DNA of 62,249 nucleotides, filler included, from Pirum gemmata (Eukaryota): NCBI GenBank assembly GCA_002812295.1. It is 17 parts of 17 records of this genome, joined end to end, with 100 filler letters (N's around TTAATTAATTAA, not from the genome) between each part and the next. Parts side by side here need not be neighbours in the genome. Positions count along the whole stretch, not along the records: positions 10,513 to 13,912 come from PDIN01002602.1; positions 14,013 to 17,424 come from PDIN01002604.1; positions 17,525 to 22,575 come from PDIN01002605.1; positions 22,676 to 27,057 come from PDIN01002606.1; 13 more parts are not named here. One strand, 5' to 3'. Shown piece by piece: positions 12,166 to 23,819 of this stretch (position 1 is its first letter; each line of letters starts with the position of its first letter). The notes under the pieces were generated by a model. It saw only the letters and a program-made list of their open reading frames with translations, ran no database searches and was not told where the DNA came from. The position numbers and the translations under genes were made by a program.

Positions 12166-13450
12166 TTAATTCTTATTAATTAAAGTTCCTGTTTGTATTA
12201 TTATATAATACCTTAATTAACTTTAAGATATTTATATTTGTTCTTAATTAATATGATAATTGATTATTATTATTATTAACACCCATGCTGGATAAAATAA
12301 TTGTAAAATCCGCCATATAAGCTCAAAATCTAACGAAATGAAATTACTATCCGAAATCGTCTAGCTAAGAAAACTTTATTATGAACCAATGGTTAGTTTT
12401 TAATAATAATAATTGACACCCGTAGTATATATTATACGCATTCATAAAATAATATAAATTGTACTTACTAAATAAATAATGAAATGAATTTACATACTAT
12501 TTACAAATATAAAAACTATATGCATTCTAGTGAACAAGAATAATATTTTATATAAATTTGAATTCTAATTCCCAGCAAAGTCAAAACAGTCAATTTGTTT
12601 AAAATGTGTGTTGTAATTATAAATATAAATAAATATCTGATAAATAAATAAATAGGGGGTACGAAAGATGATGTCATTTTACTTTTATATATTATCTATA
12701 TAATATATTATGCAATTCTACGATTAAAAGTAGAAGAACTATATACTATAGACACCTTTTCAGCTAAATATTTAGTCCAGACTGAATATGGCGCTATTTT
12801 CTCTATATAATATTAATATTATATATAATATTAATATTTTAATATTAATAATAGCTGCCTGATTCTCAAGAAAGTCCTCATGATGATGGAACCAATACTA
12901 TTCCGATTTATAACTTTTCAAAAAAAATGATGGGTACTACTATGATGGATCACTAGTGTTGAATAAAATAACGCATCTTTAAATAGAATTACAGAGTATT
13001 AATATTATTGTTTATATATAAATAAACAAATTTAAACATGCCAAGAGTTGTTAGTAACTTGTTACTACAAACTTTAATTAATACAGGACTGCCTATAGCT
13101 ACTACTACTATTAATACACTATTAATACTACCTTTAATTTGTACTACTACTATCATATCTATGTATGATACTACAAGTACTACGTATATTAATACTAGTT
13201 ATCATATTAATAGTACTACTACCTACTACTACTAGTACTATTAATATTAGTACTAGTACTACTATAGCTACTTACTAGTACTACTAGTAGTACTACTAGA
13301 GTGCTAGTACTAGCTAGACTACTATAGCTAATACTAGCTACTACTATAGCTATTACTATCGATACTTACTGGTACTGCCTACTACCACTAGAGCTAGTAC
13401 TAGCTAGTACTATCTGATAGTATCATACCATTAATATCACTACCACTATA

Positions 13451-13650
13451 TATCGTCTATTTCATTACAGTTGTCCTCTCAATCTTTAATTTGGTACTGT
13501 TTAAGCGTATAATTGAACTTGTTTATAAAATACAACATTAAGTATAAAATACTAAATTAATTAAAACTTGTCTGATGGTTTAACCATAATGATATTTTCA
13601 TACGTTTATTTCAGTTTTTGAACTGGACAGCACTATTGAAAAACACGATA
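13451..13650 (-). mobile_element. MITE family C, full length (200 bp)
   Basis: Termini TATCGTCTATTTCA...TGAAAAACACGATA. It is the reverse complement of the copies at 60786-60985 and 18336-18510, with fragments at about 44370-44500 and 45256-45410. Confidence 0.8.
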
Positions 13651-14107
13651 TAGCACTATATAGCTATAGTTATATCATAGCTACTACTAGCTAGCTAGAG
13701 TACGATAAGTTCGATAACTCTTGCAAACACAGCCAGTGTCACTTGTGTCAGCCACTCGGGTTAATTTTACCGAGTTGTGAACTAAAATAATTTCCTTCAT
13801 TGCATCGGCTTGACTTAGCATTAAAACGTCCAATACATAAATAAATAAATAAATAAATAATGTCGAAACAAAAAAGAAAGGGTGCTAGATCCAGTCGCTA
13901 CCGGAGGGACACNNNNNNNNNNNNNNNNNNNNNNNNNNNNNNNNNNNNNNNNNNNNTTAATTAATTAANNNNNNNNNNNNNNNNNNNNNNNNNNNNNNNN
14001 NNNNNNNNNNNNATTATTATTATCATTATTATTATATTTATTGAATCGAGGTTATTGCTAATATTATTTTAAATCCAAATTACAAGAAATCAAGCTTTTA
14101 GTTATCG

Positions 14108-14157
<50 letters not shown>

Positions 14158-14235
14158 TTCATTTTTTTTATCATTATTAATGTATTTGGGTAAATTGCGA
14201 GAATATAAACTTGAAGTTTTATGCTTAATTCTTAC

Positions 14236-16754
14236 CCGTTGCAGTTATTGGTAAATCAAAGGTTTGTATTAACTTTTTGCACAGATTTATCTTTCTGCAG
14301 TCCAAATCAAATCCAGTCCCTAAAATAATATGTGATATATCATCGAGAGAATCACTACACTCATTACCACTATTATCAGTTCCAGAGTCAGCTTTGCTTT
14401 TTGCGGTTTCTTTTGATAATTGGGCTTTGTTTTTATATGGTTTCAACGATACTTGGAATAAAACCTGGTACAAATTAAATATTATTTACTCATTCATGAT
14501 CATTAACATGTTTTTAATAATTTACTATACATATTTGAAACTATAATTAACGTTATTTCATTATTTTTGTTATGTTAGTTAAGAATATCAAAAAAGAAAA
14601 ACAATAAAACAAAATCTATCTATCGAAATGGTCTTTAACCCTAACCCTAACCCTGTCAGTCTATAAACCTAAGTCATTATTTAATATACTTTAAATAAAA
14701 GTTTTAATAATAATAATACACCGAAATATGTACAGATTTTAGACAATATATAATATATATACATAATAGACTTACGTCCTCTTCTAAATCTGTCTCGTCC
14801 GTTTCTCTATTATCAGCATCATCGATGACATTTGTATATTCATTATTATAGTCAGATATTTTATTGTTATAATTAGAAGGTTTAGCCTTTACTTTCAATC
14901 CTCCTAGTTCAAGTCCCGACAAACATTCTAGATAACCTTGTCTTTCTGCTCTTGACAATTGATCGGTGTAGAATTTCGGTATACTCCCCCCACCTCTAAC
15001 TTCTCTAATCAGTTCGGATTTCTCTTTTGCGCTTGTTAGCGTGGTAAAGTTATATCTAATGCGTAGGGTTAAAGTAGGTTAGAGGTTAGTAGGATAATGC
15101 TAAGGTTAGGGTTAGGGTTAGGTAAGGGATGTTAATCTTATCGATAAGAGTTACTGTTACAGTTATAGTCGTGACCATTTATATTTTGATATTTCAAAAG
15201 TTTAAATTTGTTTGTGACATATTATCAGTTTAGGACCAGTTGTTTGTGTGTAATCTTGGCAATTAAATTTTATTAAGCCCCAAAAACCCAAAAAACCCAA
15301 ACTCGTAAACCTACAAAACCCAACCCACTCAATTTTGAATTTCGCTTCCAAATACCTGTAACGCCGGTGTTTCCTAGGATCCAACCAACTAAGGGGGACC
15401 TTAAAATGCATTAATATCATTATAAAACAGTATTAAAAACCATAAAGGATTGCGGTTTCTTTTAGAATTTGAAGTTAAAGTTATGATGAGTTTTTGGAAT
15501 TACGGTTAGTGGTTAGAGTTAGGGTTAGTGTTAGGGTTAGGGTTAGTGTTAGAGTCAGAGTTTGGGTTAGGATCAGAGTTTGGGTTAAGGTTAAGGTTAA
15601 GGTTAAGTTTAAGGTTAGGGCTAGGGTTAGGGTTAGGGCTAGGGCTAGGGTTAGGGTTAGGGTTTTATTTTTCATATCATATAAGTACGTCAAAATGTCT
15701 GGTTCGAAGTGGTTCTCTACTACAAAGCTTTACATTTTGACATCCATTTTTTATTGCTAATAATGCTGCTTGAGCTGCACAGAGTCCTATATTGTTATTA
15801 TAATAGTAATAAGTTTAACTTACGAATATTAATATTTTACTTTTTTAAACTAATATATTATATGGTATTGATATTGGTATTTTGTTATTAATTAAAAATG
15901 GTTTTTATATTAGTACTACTATCTATATCTGTAAAGGCAATCTTATTTTATAATAGTATTATAGTATACATTTATTATCACAGCACCAATTTTAATATAA
16001 TTATTATTACCATTAATATATATAATTAATAAAGTGTTAATATTAAAAAGTGCATCTTTAAAGTTAATTTTAATTTATGCTCACATGTACTATAATAATA
16101 CTATTATTAAATAGCATTAATAATATAGTAGATTTGATATCTACAATTTTTTAAATGTTGAAATGAAAATATATATATTAAAAAACTATTATATATTGAT
16201 ATAATAATTGAGTTTTTGTATTATTAATATATTAATATTTAAGTATTAATTTTCCTAAACACTAACCCTAACCTCAATCTTAACCCTAACCTTAACCATA
16301 TTTTTTGAATTTATTTCACATGTACCTCCACCTATGACTAGTACTTTAGATTGGGGTTCTAATTTCAAATCATTCAGTTTATCTAAATCAGAAGTATGAA
16401 AAATGTATTTTGAATAATGATTTCGTGTATTATGAGCGTTTTCTTTAAATTGTAATTCTGGAGGAATTCTTCTTTCCGCAAACCCCATTGCTAAAACAAC
16501 CTATATATATATATATATATATATATAGACGTTAAATTGACTTTTTACATCTGAACCTAATGTTTATGAAAATCCCGGTCAATTTAACGTCTATATATAT
16601 ATATATATATAGACGTTAAATTGATTTTTTGCATTCTTAAATAGTATATAAATAACCATTTATATAATTCAAGGTTAGGGTTGGTTAGTTTAGTATTGGT
16701 ACTAGTATTAGGGTATAAGGGTTAAAGTTAGAATTAGCCTATGAAAACGTAGAT

Positions 16755-16797
<43 letters not shown>

Positions 16798-17307
16798 CCA
16801 AAAAGCCTTATTTGGGTGCGTTGTACATGCTTAGGGTTAGGATTATGCTTAATGTTTGGGCTCTAGGATTAGTTAGTCTAGATCAGGTCAAGGTTACGAT
16901 TAGTGTATAAACTACTTGTGTTTTAATAATACAAGTATGCAGTCAACTGTATGTATCAAATTTATAATACGGAAATAAGTTAATTAAAAAGGTTAGTACT
17001 AGAACTGATCGTTGATAGAGGTAATGTTAATATTAGTTCTGGTATTACTTACATTAACATCATGATTACTTTTAATAAGTTATAATAATAAAAAAAGTAA
17101 CCTGTTTACAATTTATTTGTTTAGAATTATCATTATCCTGTATTTGTATTTGATACATATCAGTTTCATAGTCTTTCAGCTTCTCTATATTTGTCACAGA
17201 TCCTTTTAAAAGTTGATGTGGTAATCGTTTAGTTAAATCCATGCAGAAATCATGAAATAACGATGCCTTTGGCAAGTCATACCATCCTGAACCAACTTCG
17301 GGGGTAC
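14236..17307 (-). CDS. FAD/NAD(P)-binding oxidoreductase of the lysine/ornithine N-monooxygenase-like group; six internal exons 17307-17102, 16500-16326, 15786-15689, 15399-15356, 15055-14776, 14464-14236 (both ends lie off the contig)
   Basis: All five introns are GT-AG with matching phases (0,1,0,2,0). The spliced product reads LPKASLFHDFC...CKQ-VVLAMG...KVLVIGG-GLCAAQAALLAIKNGCQNVKLCSREPLRTRHFD-VPLSWLDPR...VRGGGSIP...HIILGTGF...PITATG, which includes a GxGxxA NAD(P) Rossmann motif and two ATG-type motifs. Confidence 0.82.
16528..16591. mobile_element. 64-bp TIR mini-element embedded in (TA)n inside an intron; a second copy starts at 16612
   Basis: Perfect 14-bp TIR GACGTTAAATTGAC / GTCAATTTAACGTC, with TA runs on both sides. 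Confidence 0.65.
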
Positions 17308-17614
17308 CTAATTATTGTTAAAATGTTAGAAATTGTTTATAGTTACGAATTAGAGTTTGCGTTTAAGATGAAAGGGTTAAGGTTAGGGGTTAAGGTTAGG
17401 GGTTAAGGTTAGGGGTTAGGGGTTNNNNNNNNNNNNNNNNNNNNNNNNNNNNNNNNNNNNNNNNNNNNTTAATTAATTAANNNNNNNNNNNNNNNNNNNN
17501 NNNNNNNNNNNNNNNNNNNNNNNNAAGTGGTTATTTTCGCCATGGCAAAAATAACCACTTTTTTGCTATATATATATATAGCAAAAAAGTGGTTAAAAAA
17601 AATTATATATATAT

Positions 17615-17687
17615 GGAACCAAATGTGGGTCTTTCGGCCCTTAACATAATATATAGGTCAAGGGCCGAAAGACCCACATCTGGTTCC
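17615..17687. mobile_element. 73-bp fold-back mini-element in (TA)n
   Basis: Arms GGAACCAAATGTGGGTCTTTCGGCCCTTAAC and GTCAAGGGCCGAAAGACCCACATCTGGTTCC match at 29 of 31 positions. A half copy lies at about 22129-22155. Confidence 0.7.
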
Positions 17688-18335
17688 ATATATATATACA
17701 TAATCATTGATGGTTTAAAAATATATTATCATTATTATTATTCTAAATAATATTGATATTGTAATTACCTAAATTACTTTCACGACCCTTTGGTATTGCT
17801 AATGCGTTAGCTCTTAGGTAAGTAGTAACTAGAATCATTATCACCGATGCAATTCTAATCATTTTGTTTTTATTTTGTTTTTAAAACTGATTTATAAATT
17901 AGCTTTGTTATTTTATTTGTCTTGTTTGTTTCTGGTTTTCTAAATAACTAATTTTCGTACATTATAATTATAATAATTATACATATAAAAAAAATATAAT
18001 AATTTTGTTTTTGTTTTTGGTTTTGTTTATTTTTTTTTCTTTATTATTATTATTATTATTTTTTATTATTGTTTTCTCTTAAATTTTACACTATGCTTTG
18101 GGCTTAAATACAATAAGCGGAACTCCAAAGGCATAAAAAGTTTTTATTTGTTTTTTTTTTGTCATATCATATAAATGACAATGAAACTGACAATGACAAT
18201 AACTATGACTATTATAAAGATTCACACGAATTCCTTAAAAATTGTTTCTTCATTATTTTAAACATTTATAAACCATTGCAGATCTACAACAGTCTAAAAG
18301 ATTCTAAAAGTGTCTAAAATCAGCAGCATGTTATT

Positions 18336-18510
18336 TATAGTGTTTTTCAATAGTGTTGTCCAATTCAAAAACTGAAATAAACGTTAACATACTAAATTAT
18401 TATTATGGTTAAACTATCCGACTTGTTTTAAGGTATTTTATACTTAATTAATGTTGTTTTACAGTACCAAATGAAAGATTGTGAGGACAATTGTTATGAA
18501 ATAGACAATA
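18336..18510 (+). mobile_element. MITE family C copy with internal deletion
   Basis: TATAGTGTTTTTCAATAG...TGAAATAGACAATA, colinear with 60786-60985. Confidence 0.75.
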
Positions 18511-18849
18511 TTAAATTTTATTTATTTTTATAAGTACAGTAGACTATACTTCTACACTCTTTTACCCTTAAACATGTTATTTATAAACATACTATATATA
18601 CTTCTACCCTAGCTGCTACGATGCTACTAACAGTATGTTAAAATAGAGTTTATATTATGATGTATACTTCTAGATCCACCCTAGAAATTCGGGTGGTTTA
18701 TGTTATAATAATTCAACGATTCAACGCTCCAATACTTTTATAATCAGGGTTTTTTCTACTCTAGCTAGCAGATGCACTGCAATACTAACAATAGCCCTTA
18801 GATGATATTAATGACAAGAGTACTAGTTATAACAAAATTAACAAAAATA

Positions 18850-19128
18850 ACAATAGTTATAACAATAACAATAATAATAACAACTAATAGCAATAACAAT
18901 TTATAACAATAACAACAACAATAACAGCAACAATAACAATAACAATAACGTTAACAATAACAATAACAATAACAATAATAATAACAATAACAATAATAAT
19001 AACAATATCAATAACGTTAACAATAACAATAACGTTAACAATAACAATAACAATAACAATAACAATAACAATAACAATAAGAATAAGAATAAGAATAACA
19101 ATAACAATAACAATAACAATAACAATAA
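18850..19128. repeat. (AACAAT)n microsatellite
   Basis: Read directly from the sequence; a similar tract lies at 43247-43367. Confidence 0.9.
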
Positions 19129-19374
19129 NNNNNNNNNNNNNNNNNNNNNNNNNNNATATTATAGTTTTTATAATTTTTAAAATAACGTTTTAATTAACTT
19201 ACAGTGTTTTCAATTAATTCTGATGGCCTTAATCAATTTTAAAAATATGACTTAGTCCAGGGCATACACTGCATAGGGACTAAACTACTACTTTAGTCCC
19301 TATATTCTTGTGTTTTAAAATATAAACATAATTAAAATATAGTCATATTAAATTTTATTATTTATACTTATTAC

Positions 19375-19405
<31 letters not shown>

Positions 19406-19423
19406 CTTTTTTTTTTTTTTTAA

Positions 19424-19659
19424 CTACCAAACCGGATAAAAATGGCAACATCCCCCATGATCTTAATATCCAAAAATCTGAAAATGATCCAATTTCAATA
19501 AAAGTACTACCAAAGTTTGGGAAATTGTCTAACTAGAAAAACTTTATTACATATCAATGGCCAACTTTTAAAAAATATTTGGCTAGTTGGCATTAAAGGT
19601 TTTTCTAAAGAAAAGAAGTCTAACAAAAAAATGATTTCTACAGTTTTATCCAGCTTGGC
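19424..19659 (+). mobile_element. MITE family A, near full length
   Basis: ttaa|CTACCAAACCGGATAAAA...TTTTATCCAGCTTGG form imperfect TIRs. Confidence 0.75.
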
Positions 19660-21027
19660 ACTGTTATTGACAAAATAATAATAATAATAATTATTATGAT
19701 ATGGTTCTGTGAATGACTGTGATATGGGTTATATAACTGTCATTTATATTATTATTATGAACTTTATTATGATAAAAAAAAAAAATTCCGGTTGTTCGGT
19801 AAAGGCATATTCTAAAGACTTTCTAAAGGCATTTATTTTCAGATTTTAATTTTTTTATCATAATATTTTTTTAGTCGTCTTTTTAATTCGTTAGTTAGGG
19901 TTAGGAGCTGGTTTAAATAGGGTTAGGAACTGGTTAGGGTTAGGAGAGGAGCTGGGTAGGACTGGTTAGGGCTAGGGTTCTAACTTCTAACCCTAAATTA
20001 GTTAAAATTTATTTTTAGAAGGGCTTGATTTATTTATAAATGATATCATATAGATCTAAGCTTAAGTGATCATCTAATTTATTAAATAAATAAATTGGAT
20101 GATCACTATGCACTTCAACAGATCACTTGTCGGTGTCAGTATTCCAATATTACTATTATTATCATCATACATATTATTATCATTATTATTATCATTATTA
20201 TTATCATTAATTATATTGTCATCAGTATTATCATCATTATTATCATCATTTTCATCATTATTAATTATCATTATTATTATTATCATTATTATCATCATTA
20301 TTACCATCATTATTATCATTCATTATTATCATTCATTATTATCATCATCATTATCATCATCATTATCATCATCATTATCATCATCATCGTTATCATCGTT
20401 ATCATTATCAATAAATAAAATAAAGTATTTTAAGTAATAATAAATAATATCTAAATATATTATAATAATAAAATTTAATAATAATAAATTTTAATAATAA
20501 ATAATATCGTAATAATAAATAATAAATAATAAATAATAAGTATTAAAATTTAATAATAAATAATAAATAATAGATAATAGATAATAAATAATAAATAATA
20601 AATAATAAATAATAAAAACAAAAAATAAATAATGAACAGCAAAATTAATAGTAAACAATAAATAAAATAAATAACAAAATTAACCGAATTAATAATAAAT
20701 ATATAATAACGCATAATAAAAATAATAAATAAAATAATTAATTAATAACAAATAAAATAATAATAAATCAACATTTTATTAAAATAAAGAGATTACTTTT
20801 TGTAACACAGTAGTAAAGAACTAACATCTTTTGTACGCTTCAACACAATTTTCCTCGTTTTCTTGTTCTTTGTTTGCATTAATCATTTGTATATACTGTT
20901 ACATCTTCTTCTTCAAATTTATCATCATAACGTGCAGCTAGCGGTAAACGAAAACAATTTTACTACATCTAGTAAACTACAACCATTAACCCAACCAGTA
21001 TTAATAAAGATCTAGAACTAAGGTAAA

Positions 21028-22510
21028 CTAAAATACGCTTTTTACTGCATCCAGTAAACCACCACCATTAATCCAATCCTCAAACCCATTCAACATCTGG
21101 ACATGAAAATCATCCGAAATAGATCCAATGCTAGTCTTAAGTGATGTAACTTTCATTTCATCAAGAATTTCATCCTGTGATTTTTCAAATTGTTTTATAA
21201 ATTCACCCTCAACAGTTTTAATATCATCAGGGTCAGTAGTTTTATAAGCAGCTTTGACATCCATTATTTCCTCACTTACATCCAGGACAACATCTTTTGC
21301 CCCATTTTTCCAATGTATTACACCAGTCCCATGTTCAGTTAAAATACGAATTGTGTTATCCATTGCGTCACCTAAAAATTGCTCCATGGCTTTTTCAAAT
21401 CCAAAATCCAAAAACATTTTATCAATAGCAAAATCAACTGCACCATCTATAACCATATCAGTATGATCACCAACTAAGTCAGCATATTTGCTTGCTTCTT
21501 CGTGGAGATTCGATTTCTTATAATCTTGAATGTACTTGTCTAAATCATCAACATGACTTTTTAGAGTAATAGCATCTGGTATATAATCAGCTTCATCCAT
21601 TATTACACCAAGCCTTTTTAATTCTACTACTTGCTCTTCTGGTTGCATACCTTTAATGTTACTAATTCGATCTAATTGTCTTTGTTTCATTATTTGTTTT
21701 AATTTGTCTTGAGCGGCTGTTTTTATATGCGCTTTAAGTTTATCAATTCCCAGAAGGTCTTCAATATTATACCTATTCGATAAAAATTTGTGTGATAAAA
21801 AATAATGAATGGTTAATTAACATGGTCCCCTCATAGTTCAATTTTACTTTTTTAAAAATAAAAAATGATTTGGTAAATACAAAGAAAAAATGATTATGTT
21901 GATTGATTAACATCAATCTAGCTATTTATAATTGTACAAACCTTATCACATCGTATCCATAACTTTGAACTAAAGAAGAAACATAATGGATATTTTGAGT
22001 TAACTGTGAACCATGTCCACCAACTGCTGCTGCTTTGGCTATTATTATTATGTGTAATATATCGAAAAATCCAAATTTATTTTATAAATTATTGTTGTTA
22101 TTATTAAGATAAATGTATTAAATATAATCCGAAAGACCCATACTTGGTTCCATATAGGCGAAAAAGACTGTTTTTTTACTATATATATACATAGATATAT
22201 ATAATATAGAAAAGCATAGTAAAGCATAATAGTTTACCTGCTGCAGCTTTTGCTATGGCCGCTCTTGCTATGGTCGCTTTTATGTTGGCCGCTTTTAACG
22301 CAGCCCCCGTGGCTTTTGACCCAGCCATAAGCTGAGTAGCGGCAGTAGTACCCGCTTTTCCTGCGGCAGCAGTGCCAGCTTTTCCTGCCACGGCAGTAGT
22401 ACCAGCTTTCCCACATGCAGCGCAAATTGCCGCTTTCCCTGCCTTCAAAGTCGCGGCTGCTAAAAGTGCTTCAAACACCGCTCGTCTTTCTCTTAATTTT
22501 GGAACGCTTT
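21028..22510 (-). CDS. Hypothetical protein, 5'-partial; exons 22510-22238, 22038-21942, 21772-21028; Ala/Gly/Lys-rich N-terminal part followed by an acidic helical domain
   Basis: Two GT-AG introns with matching phases (1,2) join ORFs 22179-22478 and 21028-21690 through a 97-nt exon: SVPKLRERRAVFEALLAAA...AKAAA-AKAAAVGGHGSQLTQNIHYVSSLVQSYGYDVIR-YNIEDLLGIDK...GGLLDAVKSVF*. Confidence 0.72.
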
Positions 22511-22675
22511 CTTTTTAATTATATACAAAGAGGTATATAAATTATTTGCAATACAATTAATACAATATATATAATNNNNNNNNNNNNNNNNNNNNNNNNN
22601 NNNNNNNNNNNNNNNNNNNTTAATTAATTAANNNNNNNNNNNNNNNNNNNNNNNNNNNNNNNNNNNNNNNNNNNN

Positions 22676-22707
<32 letters not shown>

Positions 22708-23819
22708 ATGATTATTATCTAAGCTCAGAGTATCATAAGTTAAATAATAATAATAATAATAATAAAATTAAAAAAAAAGAAAAAAGAAAATAAATAATAT
22801 CATAAAAAAATAAAAAATAAAATAGAAAGTTCGTAACTCATGTTTAACCCCAATGCTAATGCTAGTGTTAATGCCAACGCCAATACTAATACTAATGCTA
22901 ACTCTAATGCTAATACTAATGATAATGCTAATGATAATGCTGATACTAACTCTAACTGTAACCTTAATACTCCATAATCCTAATCCTAATCCTAATTAAT
23001 CCTAACGATAACTCTAACCCTAGGAACTCTTAGGGAATCTTCACTTAGGATAACCCCGATCTTAATCTTAGCAAGCGCTATTTACACTCTCTACCCTCTG
23101 ACAGTCTTCCCCTAATTTATAACCTCTAACCCTAACCCAATAGCTAACCCTAACCCTGACCCTGACCCTAACCCCCTAACCCTAACCCTAACAGCCCTAA
23201 TAACTCTCTAACCCTACTCCAAACCTATATAGTAGCATCGTGATGAAGTGAAAGCTATACAATATATAGTATCTAATAATATTCCAACTTGATAATATTA
23301 CATACCCAGCCTTCAGAAAGAGAATGCGGGCATAATTTCAATAAAGAAATTGAATAATAATACTATTAAAACTTTCAGAATAATTTTTATATTCGCTTAT
23401 CAATGAAAAAGAGCATTATATATAATATGATTATATAGACAAAGCGACAATGAAAATAAGATTGTTGTTGTTGTTATTGTTGTTGGTGTTGGTGTTTTTG
23501 TTGGTGTTGTTGTTGTTGCTGTTGCAATTGTTATTGCCATATGAAGCACTGGGCGGCGGCCCGGGCCGGACACATTTTGCGCAAAAAAAACCCCAAAACA
23601 TTAATTATTTTTTTTTGAGAACTTCGAGCCCACTTTTTTTATCGAACATATGTAAAATTAAGAAATTCGAGCATTCGAGTTTTTTTTNATAATAATAATA
23701 ATATAATACGATAGGTGGTGATGGTGGTGGTGATAGGTGGTGGTGGTGATAGGTGGTGGTGGTGATAGGTGGAGGTGGAGGTGGTGGTGAAAATATTAGT
23801 AGTAATGGTAGTAGTAATA

